A DNA stretch of 64,000 nucleotides. Origin: an uncultured Methanosarcinales archaeon (lineage in GTDB: Archaea > Halobacteriota > Methanosarcinia > Methanotrichales > Methanotrichaceae). This document shows, piece after piece, positions 51,985 to 63,492 of the stretch. The translations under genes and the position numbers were made by a program. The notes below the pieces were generated by a model. The model made no database searches. It was not told where the DNA came from and worked only from the letters and a program-made list of their open reading frames with translations. How positions within the stretch are numbered: position 1 is the stretch's first letter; each line of letters begins with the position of its first letter. Location of the stretch: contig CAWJKV010000018.1 of NCBI GenBank assembly GCA_963843555.1, positions 32,001-96,000 of the forward strand, given 5' to 3'.

Positions 51985-54021
51985 ATGGCTGGAATGACCC
52001 AAATAAGCGTGGGCGGGAAGAAGCGAAAGACCCTAATAAATTACCTGGCAGTGTCGCTCCTGAGTCTTGTATTTCAGGTAAGCGTCCTGGGGCTCTTGGA
52101 CATTTTCCTGCCGGGCCTGAGCGTACAGACTCTAGGAGCTGCCTTTTTGTTTGTCCTCATTTTGGGGCTTGCTAACAGCTTTCTCCTCCCTCTATTGGTC
52201 AATTACGCCGTGCGCATTCGTCCCCTGCTATTTCCAATATTTGTCTTCTTGATGAACGGGATACTTGTCATTCTGGTGAATGCTTTGATACCAGGCGTTG
52301 CCATGGATTCCATCTGGACAGCCATTGAAGTATCAATAGTCATTTCGATGACAGGCATGATGGCAGGCGGAATTTTCGCTACAGATGATTATGCATCCTA
52401 TGAGCGCTTTGTTGTCCAGCCGCTCATCAAACGCTATGAAAGCTCAGAGAAAACAGACGTACCCGGTGTAATGTTCCTGGAGATTGATGGGCTTTCCAGA
52501 GAAGTACTTGATAATGCGCTGCTGCATGGCTATATGCCCACGCTGAAAAGGTGGCTGGAAAGCGGTAGCCACAAGTTAGCAGGCTGGGAGACAGACCTGT
52601 CCTGCCAGACGGGTGGCTGTCAGCCAGGAATCTTGCATGGTTATAATACCAATATCCCTGCCTTCCGATGGTACGAGAAAGAGAATGGTAGGATTCTCAC
52701 ATCGGGGAAGCCTCGCGATGTAGCAGAGATTGAAAAAAGAATTTCCGATGGCAAAGGATTACTTGCAAATCACGGCGCCAGTAGAGCCAATATGTATTCG
52801 GGAGACGCTGTGGAAAATATTCTCACATTAAGCACGGTTGGTTCCTCGAAGAGAAATACCATGGAATACTTCCTCATTTACGCCAATCCCTATATGGCAT
52901 CCAGGACCTTTGGGATCTTTATTTCTCATTTCATTGTTGAGGTTATGGAAGGTTGGTGGCAGCTGGTTCGTAACGAGAGGCCAAGAGTAGAACGAACCGG
53001 AGCCTATCCTTTTCAAAGGGCTGTTATGTCGGCCATTCTCCGTGAGATTAGCGTCTTCACCCTGGTGGGGGATATGCTGCGCGGTCTTCCGTCGATGTAT
53101 GCCACCTTTGCGGGCTATGACGAGGTGGCCCATCATTCTGGGATAATGCGCAAAGATGCTTTGCGCGTTTTGACCGGTTTGGATAGATCGTTCGAATGGC
53201 TGGAGGAAATCTCAGAGCATGCTGCCCGTCCTTACGAATTCGTCGTACTTTCCGATCATGGTCAGAGCAATGGAGCCACATTTTTGCAGCGCACAGGAAA
53301 AACTCTGGAGCAGGTCATAAAGGAGCTTGTCAACCTGGAAACTTATGCGCCTCCTGCCCAGGATGAGACCTGGGTGCGGATCAATACATTGGTAACCGAC
53401 GTCTCCAGGCAGAATACACGAGGTGGAAGGCTGGTGAACCGCACCGTTAGAAACAAAATGGAAGATGGAGATGTAGTGCTGGGGCCCAAGGATAAAGAGT
53501 TGAAGGCGGGAGAGAAGAACAAGGTTATTGTCCTGGCGTCTGGAAACCTGGGCCTGATATATTTCACTGCCTGGGATAAGCGCATGAGCCTGGAGCAGAT
53601 CAATCAAGCCTTTCCCGGGCTGATTCCGGGGCTTTTTAAGTATCCTCAGGTCGGTTTGGTGCTGGTTCGTTCCGAGGAGCACGGTCCACTGGTCTTGGGT
53701 TCTAAGGGAGTTTACTACTTAGAGAGCGACCGGTTTGATGGTGAGAATCCCCTGACGGCATACGGACCTAATGCGGCATTGCATCTCAAGAGAGAAGATA
53801 GTTTCATAAACGCCCCGGATTTGCTGATTAACAGCTTCTACAATCCCGAAACAGGTGAGGTGGCAGCCTTTGAAGAACTGGTAGGCTCTCATGGGGGATT
53901 GGGAGGAAGCCAGTCCCACGCCATCCTTATACATCCAGCAAATCTAATGGCAAGTTCAGAACCAATTATCGGGGCAAGTAATTTGCATCAGGTCATCAAA
54001 CAATGGGTGCCTGAGAAATGA
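51985..54021 (+). CDS. DUF360/holin-like membrane domain fused to an alkaline phosphatase/NPP-superfamily domain
   Basis: 4 N-terminal TM helices; LEIDGL, CQTGGCQ.GILHG, YDEVAHHSG, LSDHGQ, GSHGGLGG. Confidence 0.8.
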   Translation: MAGMTQISVGGKKRKTLINYLAVSLLSLVFQVSVLGLLDIFLPGLSVQTLGAAFLFVLILGLANSFLLPLLVNYAVRIRPLLFPIFVFLMNGILVILVNALIPGVAMDSIWTAIEVSIVISMTGMMAGGIFATDDYASYERFVVQPLIKRYESSEKTDVPGVMFLEIDGLSREVLDNALLHGYMPTLKRWLESGSHKLAGWETDLSCQTGGCQPGILHGYNTNIPAFRWYEKENGRILTSGKPRDVAEIEKRISDGKGLLANHGASRANMYSGDAVENILTLSTVGSSKRNTMEYFLIYANPYMASRTFGIFISHFIVEVMEGWWQLVRNERPRVERTGAYPFQRAVMSAILREISVFTLVGDMLRGLPSMYATFAGYDEVAHHSGIMRKDALRVLTGLDRSFEWLEEISEHAARPYEFVVLSDHGQSNGATFLQRTGKTLEQVIKELVNLETYAPPAQDETWVRINTLVTDVSRQNTRGGRLVNRTVRNKMEDGDVVLGPKDKELKAGEKNKVIVLASGNLGLIYFTAWDKRMSLEQINQAFPGLIPGLFKYPQVGLVLVRSEEHGPLVLGSKGVYYLESDRFDGENPLTAYGPNAALHLKREDSFINAPDLLINSFYNPETGEVAAFEELVGSHGGLGGSQSHAILIHPANLMASSEPIIGASNLHQVIKQWVPEK

Positions 54022-54084
54022 AAGCTAAAAATTTATATTCGATAAGATTCATGAATTATTAAGAAAAAACGAGGTGAAAATCAT

Positions 54085-54555
54085 ATGGGAATAAAAGAAA
54101 CCTTCACGAACGACGAATGGAAAAACCTGCTGGAACTACCTTATGCGGTTGGATTGACCGTGATTATTGTGTCGCCATCCGGGCCCATCGGCATATACCA
54201 TGAATCCAAGGAGCTCATGCAAGAGCCTGCAAAGTTGGCAGCTCAAAGCGGGTCAAGTGGATTGGTAAACGTGCTGGCAGTAGAATTGCAGACAAAAGCC
54301 AAGGAAATAATGAAAGAGCAGCAGAACGAGATCAAGCGTTCACCAACAGCCTTTAAGGACAAGACTCTCAAGGCTTGCGGTTCTGCAGCTTTAGCTCTTG
54401 GAAAAACTACTGCAGAAGAAGCTTCCGCGTACAAGCACTGGGTGTTGGCTCTGGGTCAAAAAGTAGCCGAGGCAGCCAAAGAGCATGGAGTATTGGTGAG
54501 CCCGGAGGAGAATGCTGTTTTGCAGGAGGTTTCCAAAGCTCTGGGCATGAGTTGA
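54085..54555 (+). CDS. Hypothetical helical protein
   Basis: FT.DEW..L..P, SPSG..G, EA..YK.W....VAEAAKE..VS..E; RBS-like GAGGTG upstream. Confidence 0.65.
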   Translation: MGIKETFTNDEWKNLLELPYAVGLTVIIVSPSGPIGIYHESKELMQEPAKLAAQSGSSGLVNVLAVELQTKAKEIMKEQQNEIKRSPTAFKDKTLKACGSAALALGKTTAEEASAYKHWVLALGQKVAEAAKEHGVLVSPEENAVLQEVSKALGMS

Positions 54556-54668
54556 TCGAAATGACCCTTTCGGGCAGGTTTGGCGAGACTGCAAAACTCG
54601 GTCCCTCCTTTAGCTTTTGCCGTAAACTTTTTGTGCTTAGCCCTCATCCGCAAAGGCAGGGATCATTT

Positions 54669-55898
54669 CTACCTCTTCTTGTGCCCTTTCCTCCCAACCC
54701 GGGTCTCTGTTTCCTGCAAGAACTTCATGATGCCGTCTGCAGTCTGACCCTTGCGCAGGAGATCGGCCATTATTTGCATGTAACGATCGGCATGATAAAA
54801 AAAAGCCATGTAGCCAGAACAGAGGTAGTTAAGACCGAGCTCGCCGTCGGGCGTTTTGATGAAACGATTCTTAGGGCACTCGCCATTGCAGGCAAAGAGG
54901 AACCGGCATTTCCGACAATAACGGGGCAGAGTGTCACTCTTATCTTGCCCAAATTTGCGCTGCTTTTCCGATTTTACCAGCTCGATCATTGGCTTCTGCA
55001 TGATGTTTCCTAAATAGTAATCGGGCTCGACAAAATGGTCGCAGGAGTAAAGGTCTCCATTATGTTCCAGGGCCATTCCCAGGCCGCATGCGGGCCCGAA
55101 GATGCATAGCGTGCCCGCCATCCCCAGCCAGCCTGCCAGTATCCCATCAAAGTTGAGTACAAATGTACTGCCCACGTCCCTTTTTACCCACTCATTGAAG
55201 ATCTCGGTGAGGAAGCGGCCCCATTGTTCCGGCCTAACAGAGCGATCTGTGACCCTACTTCCCTCCTGGTAGCCCATCTCATTATCCCGCTCTACAACGG
55301 GGATAAACTGGAGAAAGTGGGCGTCAAGCTCATCCCGAAAGAACCGATAGACTTCCAGTGGATTGTCGCCATTTCTGGAATTGACTGCGCAGAGTATGTT
55401 GAACTCTACCTTATGTTTCTGGAGCAGCCGGGCCGCACGCATCACGCGTTCAAAGGTTCCCTGATCGCCTCTATCCCTGCGGTAGCAATCGTGAAGTTCT
55501 CCTGGTCCGTCCAGGCTGAGGCCGATCAGAAAGTTGTTCTGGTGAAAAAACCGGCACCAATCATCGTCGAGGAGAATGCCGTTTGTCTGGAAGGTGTTCT
55601 CTACATTGAGACCCGGCCGTTGATATTTCTTCTGAAGCTCTACCGAGCGCCGGAAGAAATCCAACCCCATGAGGGTGGGTTCTCCTCCCTGCCAGGCTAC
55701 TGTTACCTGGGGAATCTGGTGGGCTTCGAAGAGCTGCTTGATGTAGGATTCATGCACCTCATCTGACATCCGGAAATTGCTTCCCGGATATAGCCTATCC
55801 TTCTTAAGGAAAAAGCAATAAGCGCAGTTGAGGTTGCAGGCGGAGCCTGAGGGCTTGGCCATAACGTGAAATGCTAATGGGTGTTCAGTCATTGTCAT
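54669..55898 (-). CDS. Anaerobic sulfatase-maturating radical SAM/SPASM enzyme
   Basis: KPSGSACNLNCAYCFF, WQGGEPTLMG, QTNG, LEHNGDLYSCDHFV, C..C.....C.GECPKNR, LC.GY. Confidence 0.92.
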   Translation of the reverse strand: MTMTEHPLAFHVMAKPSGSACNLNCAYCFFLKKDRLYPGSNFRMSDEVHESYIKQLFEAHQIPQVTVAWQGGEPTLMGLDFFRRSVELQKKYQRPGLNVENTFQTNGILLDDDWCRFFHQNNFLIGLSLDGPGELHDCYRRDRGDQGTFERVMRAARLLQKHKVEFNILCAVNSRNGDNPLEVYRFFRDELDAHFLQFIPVVERDNEMGYQEGSRVTDRSVRPEQWGRFLTEIFNEWVKRDVGSTFVLNFDGILAGWLGMAGTLCIFGPACGLGMALEHNGDLYSCDHFVEPDYYLGNIMQKPMIELVKSEKQRKFGQDKSDTLPRYCRKCRFLFACNGECPKNRFIKTPDGELGLNYLCSGYMAFFYHADRYMQIMADLLRKGQTADGIMKFLQETETRVGRKGHKKR

Positions 55899-55983
55899 AT
55901 CTTCCTTCACGACATATCTATTATTGAAGGAGTTTATGTAGTCAGCGATTTTAGGGACTATACAGGCAAAAGCTTTAAACATA

Positions 55984-56925
55984 ATGGTTCCGTGTAATAC
56001 TGACGTGGAAAAGGTCACAAAAGAGATTGAATCTTCTGAACCGAATCATTGTCAACACCCACTGGAACACTGTCTAAGCTTTCGGTTGAACGAGAAGATT
56101 CAGCGAGCAAGGTCCCAGCTGAATTACAGAGTCGGTGACACCAGCTTTAAAGCAAAGGAATTCCAGATCGTTCCCATCTCTCTAACCATCCGCGGGCTTG
56201 ATCCCGTCTTCGAGGGATACCGACTGGTTCATATCTCCGATATCCATCTCGGCCAGTGGATCACTGCGGAACGCCTGGAGGGAGTTGTAGATCTGATCAA
56301 TCAGCAGGACCCAGATCTAGTGGCGATAACGGGCGATTTCGTCTCCTATATCTTAGATGACCATATCGGGGAACAACTGGCCAGATCTCTTGCCAGATTG
56401 AGCCCCAAAGATGCTACCGTAGCGGTCCTGGGCAACCATGATCATTGGGTAGGAGCTGATGATCTCCGCCTGTTGATTAAAAGCAGCAATGTAATGGATC
56501 TCAGCAATGACGTCTTCACCGTTACGAGAGGCCAGGCGATGCTGCATATCGCCGGTCTGGATGATATCTGGGTAAATAGGCATCGTTTTGATCTGGTATT
56601 GAGCAAGCTGCCGCCATCCGGACCTGCAATCCTGTTGGTGCATGAGCCCGATTTTGCCGATGTGAGCGCCCAGACCGGCCGTTTCAGCCTGCAGCTCTCT
56701 GGCCACTCCCATGGAGGACAGATTGTGATTCCAAAATTGGGAACACCGGTTCGCAGCAAACACTTCTGGAAATATCCGCTGGGCAGGTATCAGGTGGGCG
56801 ACATGGTGCAATATACCAATCGTGGATTGGGCACTAATTTGTTCTGGTCAAGGATCAACTGTCCACCAGAAATCACGATCTTTACCCTCCACTCAGGAAA
56901 CGGTCAGGGTAAGGACTCATTTTAG
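55984..56925 (+). CDS. Calcineurin-like metallophosphoesterase (YkuE-like)
   Basis: SDIH, TGDF, GNHD, HEPD, SGHSHGGQ. Confidence 0.9.
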   Translation: MVPCNTDVEKVTKEIESSEPNHCQHPLEHCLSFRLNEKIQRARSQLNYRVGDTSFKAKEFQIVPISLTIRGLDPVFEGYRLVHISDIHLGQWITAERLEGVVDLINQQDPDLVAITGDFVSYILDDHIGEQLARSLARLSPKDATVAVLGNHDHWVGADDLRLLIKSSNVMDLSNDVFTVTRGQAMLHIAGLDDIWVNRHRFDLVLSKLPPSGPAILLVHEPDFADVSAQTGRFSLQLSGHSHGGQIVIPKLGTPVRSKHFWKYPLGRYQVGDMVQYTNRGLGTNLFWSRINCPPEITIFTLHSGNGQGKDSF

Positions 56926-57001
56926 GCCTGGCAGAATCAGACAATCTATAGTCTAATTCTCTTTCCAATAATCAGGAATGAAAAAATAAAATGCGGTCGA
57001 A

Positions 57002-57679
57002 CTAAAGCATACCCTGTGTGCTCTGGCTCGGGCTGGCCTCCGTGTTCTGATCCATATCCTGGAGTGTATATCGCCTGTTCAGTTGGGCTCCCTCATGGGT
57101 TGGATCGAGAAGTAAGGCCTTATTAAAGCTATCCAAAGCATCCTGGTACCTCCCCATTTCCCGGAGAACTACACCTTCGTTATTCCAACCCGAGGGATTC
57201 AAAGGCTCTATTTGGGTGGCAGTATCGAAGCAGGCCAGTGACCCGGAAAAATCTCCGCTATTAGCCAATGCCATGCCTTTTCCAATCCAGGCATCAAAAT
57301 TTGAAGAATTTAGCTGTAGGGCCTGATCAAAGCTGGCTATGGCTTCATCATTTCTCTTCAGACCCTGGGAGAGGGCAACCCCTTTCAAGTTCAAAGCTGC
57401 GACATAGGTGGAGTTGATTGCGAGTGCCCTATCAAAACTGGCGATAGCATCTTCGAAACGGCCCAGGTTGGCGAGGGCTTTTCCCTTGTTGTCCCACAGG
57501 TCTACGTTATTGGGATCCAGCTCCAGTGCCTTATCATAGCTTGCTGCCGCCTCTTCAAAGCTATTGTTGAAGAAGTACCGGTCTGCCTGGTTGGACCAGT
57601 ACTCTGCGGTGTATTGACCCATTGCCTGCGGAATGCATACCGCCACCAGGGCAGTGATGATGATAACTTCGAGCTTCAT
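57002..57679 (-). CDS. Secreted TPR protein
   Basis: Signal peptide plus about 5 TPRs (W.NKG.AL..LG.F..A...FD.AL). Confidence 0.85.
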   Translation of the reverse strand: MKLEVIIITALVAVCIPQAMGQYTAEYWSNQADRYFFNNSFEEAAASYDKALELDPNNVDLWDNKGKALANLGRFEDAIASFDRALAINSTYVAALNLKGVALSQGLKRNDEAIASFDQALQLNSSNFDAWIGKGMALANSGDFSGSLACFDTATQIEPLNPSGWNNEGVVLREMGRYQDALDSFNKALLLDPTHEGAQLNRRYTLQDMDQNTEASPSQSTQGML

Positions 57680-57872
57680 GGGAGACCCCTCTACTACCAG
57701 GTGGTAAATATCTCTACCCCTTGAAAAGCGGTATTCGATAGCGGCCCATCCCCGGTTATGGGAATGGTCTTTCGGGCACAAAAGTTAATTAATTCCCTGC
57801 CCCTATCATCACCAAACGCCAGGGCGTTCCTTGCAGGAATATCTTTGGCAAAGGCGTGAGGAGGTTCTTAAT

Positions 57873-58292
57873 TTGAAGAGATTTGATATGATGCTGGAAA
57901 ATGACATATCCGGTTATGAGGGCGAATTTTCCGAGCTTATTCACCAGGCTCCGGCTTTATACAGGATGATGACAAAGCTGCTTGACGACAGTGCTCTTCC
58001 GAGATCCATATCACCCCTGGTCATCGCTGCCATCGCATACTTCATTCTGCCCGAAGACATCATACCTGAGGATAAGTACGGGCCGGTCGGCTATGTGGAT
58101 GATATCTATCTTTGCGCTTTTGTTGCCAATGAGGTGACGAAGGTATCCGGATCTCCAGAAATTCTGGCCAGAAATTGGGACGGAAAAGCATCAATCGTGG
58201 ATCTGGTAAAGGAGATACTTGATCGCGAGAATGAGTTGATTGGCACCAAGAAAGAGCGCATAATGCAGTATATAGGCCTCGATCAGCTCTAG
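57873..58292 (+). CDS. YkvA/DUF1232 family protein
   Basis: AIAYFILP.DIIPE....GYVDD. Confidence 0.8.
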   Translation: MKRFDMMLENDISGYEGEFSELIHQAPALYRMMTKLLDDSALPRSISPLVIAAIAYFILPEDIIPEDKYGPVGYVDDIYLCAFVANEVTKVSGSPEILARNWDGKASIVDLVKEILDRENELIGTKKERIMQYIGLDQL

Positions 58293-58361
58293 ATCGAAAT
58301 TGAATTAAACGGCATTTGGGCATGTGTCCAAAATCGCAATAGATCCATCTTCAGCTCAAAA

Positions 58362-58676
58362 TTAAAATTTTCCGGGTTTATACGGCCTTCTCATCTGCTC
58401 GCCGCAAGAGAGACAGGTGGTGGTGAGAACGCCATCACGAAGCCTCACCCTACAGGCTTTTGGGGAAAGATAGCCTCTGCAATGCTTGCAGAATAGTCTC
58501 TTCAGCGTTGGAGGCATTCGGACTCTGGTGCGGGTGCTGATGCGGCAGGCGATCTGCACGTATCTCTTACTCCTCTCAGGGTGAATCTCATGCGCCGATG
58601 CCGCCAGACTAAAGAGTCGCTCCATGCGTTGAAGTGCCAGATCCCTGACCTTGTGGCTGTCCTTTCTGCGTCTCAC
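58362..58676 (-). CDS. rnp4: RNase P protein Rpp21
   Basis: A..R...L...RYV..A..I, FCKHC, RVRL, TCLSCG..R.P. Confidence 0.9.
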   Translation of the reverse strand: MRRRKDSHKVRDLALQRMERLFSLAASAHEIHPERSKRYVQIACRISTRTRVRMPPTLKRLFCKHCRGYLSPKACRVRLRDGVLTTTCLSCGEQMRRPYKPGKF

Positions 58677-58762
58677 GGTTATTATTGAAGCGACCAGGCT
58701 ATAAAACCTATTTCGTCGACTCTTTGAGAACCTATTTCTATACCAGTAGCAGTCTCTCTGCC

Positions 58763-59023
58763 ATGCCTGTTAAACCGTTTTCCCTTGAGATCACCCCCGA
58801 GATGGAGGATTACATCCGCGCCCGCTCGACAGACCTGCGCGTGGCCACGACCTGTGAAGGTCCTCTGATCTTTTCGATCAGGACCAGCCCGCCCAAGGCG
58901 ACCGATCACATAATCACAGTAGGCGAACGAAAGGTCTACGTTTCTGCAGTTCAGGCACCCTACATCAAAGCCATAGACACCGGTATGCTGCCGCGCTGCG
59001 CTATCGAGAAGAAGCGTCACTGA
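58763..59023 (+). CDS. Hypothetical protein
   Basis: Open frame with DLRVATTCEGP..PPK.TD..YVSAVQA. Confidence 0.55.
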   Translation: MPVKPFSLEITPEMEDYIRARSTDLRVATTCEGPLIFSIRTSPPKATDHIITVGERKVYVSAVQAPYIKAIDTGMLPRCAIEKKRH

Positions 59024-59529
59024 GCTTTTCTGTTCGGCAAAATCGCAGGCTCAGATGCTTCTATAAAAATAATGTTAAAAAAATTATGCGTGCGATTCAA
59101 TTCGACTGCGTTTGAGCTATCTTTTTTTTTTGGCAGACGGTATTGGCTTTCAGCCGATCAGGGCCGGATTCCTTTAACCCGGATACTGCAAGAAACGACC
59201 ACCAAATGACCAGGCAGACTACTACCGCCAATGAAATAGTGAAATAATCCATCATCAACATCGCCTTGATACTACATCTCATTCTAGGATATTATAGACG
59301 ATTGTGATAAGCGGATCCATCCATAAATTGTACTTTTTATCAATTGTATGCGAAGGCAAAATCTTAAATTTAAATATCACTGGATGGAATACTATTCAAA
59401 AACAATATTGATTATATATTTAAGATAAACGATTTGTTTCGGGTGATTAATCAAAAATTTCCATAATTAGGTTGCTCAAAGCCCCTGTGGAACTGTTTAG
59501 ATCCTTCTTAACGAAAAAGCAAAAAAAGT

Positions 59530-60081
59530 TTAAATGCCGTCCAGCCATTCTTTCAGGGCGCGCATGGACTTTGCACGGTGAGAGATCCGGTTCTTCTCTG
59601 CTATCTCCATCTCGCCCAGACTCTTTTCGCCAACGTAGAAGATTGGATCGTAGCCAAAGCCAGAACTTCCTCGCGCCTCAAAGCCAATCTGGCCCCAAAC
59701 AATCCCTTTGAACATTTGCGGCTCCAGCCCCGGCTCGGCATAGACTACCACGGATTTGAAGAAGGCTTTACGGTTCTCTACTCCTTCCATAAGCCGCAAT
59801 ATCCCATCATTGCCGATGGTCTTCTGGACATAAGCCGAGTAAACACCAGGAAAACCCTGCAGAGCTTCGATGAAGAGGCCCGCATCCTCAAGCATCACCG
59901 CCCCCACTAATCTGGTCGCGACCTCCTTCATGCCAAATATGGCCACCTCTTCCAGTGTATCTGCCTGGATCTCCGTATAGCCGATATCCTTTTGATTCAG
60001 ATCCCCGAAGATGCCTTGGGCCTCCGCAAACTTTCCCTTATTGCTGGTGACAAAATTGATCATTTCTTCTCCTGCAACCAT
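59530..60081 (-). CDS. rdgB: Non-canonical purine NTP pyrophosphatase (RdgB/HAM1)
   Basis: TSNKGK, EDAGL...AL.GFPGVYS, GFGYDPIF, KNRISHR. Confidence 0.93.
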   Translation of the reverse strand: MVAGEEMINFVTSNKGKFAEAQGIFGDLNQKDIGYTEIQADTLEEVAIFGMKEVATRLVGAVMLEDAGLFIEALQGFPGVYSAYVQKTIGNDGILRLMEGVENRKAFFKSVVVYAEPGLEPQMFKGIVWGQIGFEARGSSGFGYDPIFYVGEKSLGEMEIAEKNRISHRAKSMRALKEWLDGI

Positions 60082-60106
60082 TCTTTACAGGATGTCTTAA
60101 GTTTAT

Positions 60107-60896
60107 CTAGCTTTTTTTAGCTTCCACCTCCAGCCTCACCATCCCGACATGAACATTTCCCTCTTCATCGAGTGGGTGTTCCCGGATGTACCTGTCAACC
60201 ACTTCGCAGATGAAATCCATTTGCAGGTCTCCCGGTACTCTTTCGGTATATGGCAGCCATGTAGCCTTCACCCAGGAGATCAGTCCTTCCCGTCCCCTCT
60301 GAACCATATCCTTTGCCACCAGATCCACCCTCAAGGTTCTCAGGCCGGACCGGTTGAGCCAGGTCCGATATTCGTCAGGGCCGAAGAAGCCATAAGGAAA
60401 CCTGAACCCATCGAAGTAAACGGACCAGTTCTCCCCAGAAATGAGCTCATCCACAACCTCCAGGATCCCGGCGGCATTGCCCCTGCCTCCAAACTGCATC
60501 AAAACCTTGCCGCCTTTCTTGAGGCTGCGTCTTATCCCTTCCAGAACCGGTCCATGATCCTGCACCCAATGGAGGCACGCAAAGGAAAGAACGAGATCGA
60601 ACTCACCTTCATACTGTAAATCCGAAGCGTCTCCATGCTGGAAGGCGAGGTTAGGCCGGGCTGAAGTCGGGAACCTATCCCTGGCGAAGCTCAGCATCTC
60701 CCGAGAATTGTCGAGGCCCGTGACCGATCCCCTGGGGACGAGTAGCGCAATCTCCGCTGTGATTTTGCCATCTCCACATCCAATATCGAGGATCCTGTTC
60801 ATCTCCCCGGATCGAGATCTTGGACAGGAATTCCTGAGCCCATTTCTGCTGGGCAGACGAACTCTTCTCATACACTTTGGGGTCCCAACTGTGCAT
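60107..60896 (-). CDS. Class I SAM methyltransferase (Tam-like); frameshift near 60810
   Basis: W.P..Y.K.S..Q..WA then ILDIGCGDG, GLDNS..ML, FD.V.S...LHWV.D. Confidence 0.85.
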
Positions 60897-61024
60897 CACT
60901 GACCTCCTCTGCAGTTTAACCTCCATCTGAGATTAAGGCATTTAATCTCATCTGACCCAAGGGCAACGTTTTTAGATGCCTAGCATAAAGTAGCAGGCGT
61001 TAACGGCAATCTGGTGAGAACAAG

Positions 61025-62266
61025 ATGGATCTGGGGGATAGAGTCTCCGTAGAGAGGAACGGCATAGCCTATGAGGGCGTGCTCATGCCATCCCGGCGCG
61101 TTGGACATGTGGTCCTAAAGCTGAACAATGGCTACAACATCGGCCTGCGGGCTAGAGAGAGCGACCTTGTGCTCGTGGAGAAGGGCCAGGATCTGAAGCC
61201 TTTGCAGAAAGATAGTTCGCTGCAAAAGAAGGCTGGACTTCCCCAGGTGTCCATTCTGTCCACAGGAGGGACGATTGCCAGCAAGGTCGATTACAGGACG
61301 GGCGCTGTCACCAGCCAGTTCTCTGCCGGCGAGATCATCTCCGCCATCCCGGAGCTGGAGGAGATTGCCAACTACCATGCCCGGGTGATCTATCAGATCT
61401 TGAGCGAGAACATGCGCGCCGACTACTGGACGACGCTCGCGCGGGCTGTGGCAGAAGAGATCCAGAACGGCGCCGAGGGTGTTATCATAACCCACGGCAC
61501 CGATACCATGATGTACACTGCGGCAGCGCTCTCCTTCATGCTGAAGACTCCTGTGCCGGTGGTCATCGTCGGCTCGCAGAGGAGCTCTGATCGGCCCAGC
61601 AGCGATGCTTCCATGAACGCCGTCTGCGCGGCCTCTGTTGCCATCAGCGACATCGCAGAGGTCTGTGTGGTTATGCATGGCACGACCAGCGATGATTACT
61701 GTTCCATTCACCGCGGCACGCGCGTTCGCAAGATGCATACCTCTCGCCGGGACGCCTTCCAGACTATGAACCAGCCGCCCTTAGGGCGCGTCGATTACCT
61801 CACCAGGAAGATTCAGACCTTCCTGCCTTACCGCCGCCGTGGGGAAACGGAACTGCAATTGGCAGAAATGCTTGAGCCCAAATGCAGTCTCGTCAAGTAC
61901 ACACCCGGATCTTCTCCGGAGATCTTGAACTACTACATCGATAAAGGCTATCGGGGAATCGTCCTGGAGGGAACCGGCCTCGGTCACGTGGCTTCCGACT
62001 GGATAGACGGCATAAAAAGAGCCACAGAGGAGGCCGTCCCAGTGGTCATAACCTCGCAATGTCTGCGAGGCAGGATATGCGATAGAGTATACGACACCGG
62101 GCGCTACATGCTTGATGCAGGAGCAATCGAAGGTGAGGACATGCTGCCCGAAGTAGCACTGGTCAAGCTCATGTGGGTACTGGCAAACAGGCCGGATGAG
62201 GTTCATTCGTTGATGAAGACGCCCCTCGCAGGCGAGATCGCCTTCTCCACGCCCATCACTGTGTAA
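61025..62266 (+). CDS. gatD: Glu-tRNA(Gln) amidotransferase subunit D
   Basis: [45 protein letters not shown]. Confidence 0.95.
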   Translation: MDLGDRVSVERNGIAYEGVLMPSRRVGHVVLKLNNGYNIGLRARESDLVLVEKGQDLKPLQKDSSLQKKAGLPQVSILSTGGTIASKVDYRTGAVTSQFSAGEIISAIPELEEIANYHARVIYQILSENMRADYWTTLARAVAEEIQNGAEGVIITHGTDTMMYTAAALSFMLKTPVPVVIVGSQRSSDRPSSDASMNAVCAASVAISDIAEVCVVMHGTTSDDYCSIHRGTRVRKMHTSRRDAFQTMNQPPLGRVDYLTRKIQTFLPYRRRGETELQLAEMLEPKCSLVKYTPGSSPEILNYYIDKGYRGIVLEGTGLGHVASDWIDGIKRATEEAVPVVITSQCLRGRICDRVYDTGRYMLDAGAIEGEDMLPEVALVKLMWVLANRPDEVHSLMKTPLAGEIAFSTPITV

Positions 62267-62342
62267 GATGAAAGGATAAAGGCCAAACCTTATAAGCAAG
62301 GTGAATAGTGCCACAATCTCAGGATTATTGGAGGAATTCGTT

Positions 62343-62858
62343 TTGACACGCAAGCCAGCAAGCATGTATAGAAGACGGGAACGCCCCTATACGCGCAGGA
62401 TGTACATGGGCGGCGTCCCGGGAAGCAAGGTAGTTCACTACGATATGGGAAATCTGCAGGAGGATTTTCCCATAAAGCTCACGCTAGTCGTCAAAGAGCC
62501 CTGCCAGATCAGGCACACCGCTCTTGAGGCGGCCAGGGTCGCAGCCAACCGTTTCCTTCTGAAGCAGGTGGGCAGAACTAACTTCCACCTCAAACTCAGG
62601 ACTTATCCTCACCATGTTATCCGTGAGAATAAGCAGGCCACGGGCGCAGGTGCGGACCGTGTCTCCAGCGGCATGAGAATGGCTTTCGGCAAGGCTGTAG
62701 GAACTGCGGCCAGGGTCGAGGCTGGCCAGAAGCTCTTCACCCTTGGAGTGACCCCTCAATACCTTAACGATGCCAAGGAGGCATTGACAAGGGCAGGGCA
62801 TAAATTGCCGACACCTATTCAGATCGTCGTGGATTCGGGTCAAGAGTTTATAAGGTAA
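62343..62858 (+). CDS. rpl10e: 50S ribosomal protein uL16 (L10e)
   Basis: [42 protein letters not shown]. Confidence 0.95.
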   Translation: MTRKPASMYRRRERPYTRRMYMGGVPGSKVVHYDMGNLQEDFPIKLTLVVKEPCQIRHTALEAARVAANRFLLKQVGRTNFHLKLRTYPHHVIRENKQATGAGADRVSSGMRMAFGKAVGTAARVEAGQKLFTLGVTPQYLNDAKEALTRAGHKLPTPIQIVVDSGQEFIR

Positions 62859-62863
62859 TTTGG

Positions 62864-63491
62864 ATGGATGACTATTTAGCGGGCCTGGATCGGGCCATAA
62901 AGAAGATGCCGGCCACTCGGGAGACCAAAGAACGGTTCGTCATACCTTCCGTCAAGGTCTTTTACGAGGGCAAGACCACTGTCCTGGAGAACTTTGGGGC
63001 TATAGCGGATACTCTGAATCGCGATCCGGAACACCTCATGAAGTATCTGCTCCAGGAGATGGGAACAGCTGGTAAGATCGAAGGGCAGCGCGGGATCTTT
63101 CAGGGTAAGTTTGGCGAGACCGCCATCGCCCGCCAGATAGAGTCCTACTTCGAAGAGTACGTGGTCTGCACAGAGTGCAGGCTGCCTGATACCCATCTCA
63201 TCAAGAGCGATCGTGTGCTGACTCTAAAGTGCGATGCCTGCGGTGCTCACAGGCCTGTGCGCAAGAGAAAGGCCACGCTCAGTGCAGAAGGACGTCATCG
63301 AAGAAGGTGAGACCTATGAGCTGCGCATCGAGTCCGTGGGCAACAAGGGCGACGGCATAGCCAAGGTGGACAAATACCTCATCTTCGTGCCCAGCGCCGT
63401 CAAAGGCGAGATCGTCAAGGCCAAGATCAAGAAGATCAGCGGAACTCTGGCCTTTGCCGAGGTTGTGGAGCGGAAAGGCAAGGTATCTTAA
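62864..63491 (+). CDS. eif2b: Translation initiation factor aIF-2 beta with C-terminal TRAM domain; frameshift near 63285
   Basis: ERF..P, T...NF..I...L.R, YV.C.EC..PDT, C.ACGA; TRAM (IESVG.KGDGIAK...IFVP). Confidence 0.92.
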
Positions 63492-63492
63492 A

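Noticed and set aside
51985..52400. Prophage inferred from the holin-like domain
   Set aside because: DUF360-type 4-TM domain fused to AlkP is a cellular architecture; no viral genes nearby
59097..59282. Small membrane protein ORF
   Set aside because: Possible, but only a single hydrophobic stretch with no family motif; insufficient support
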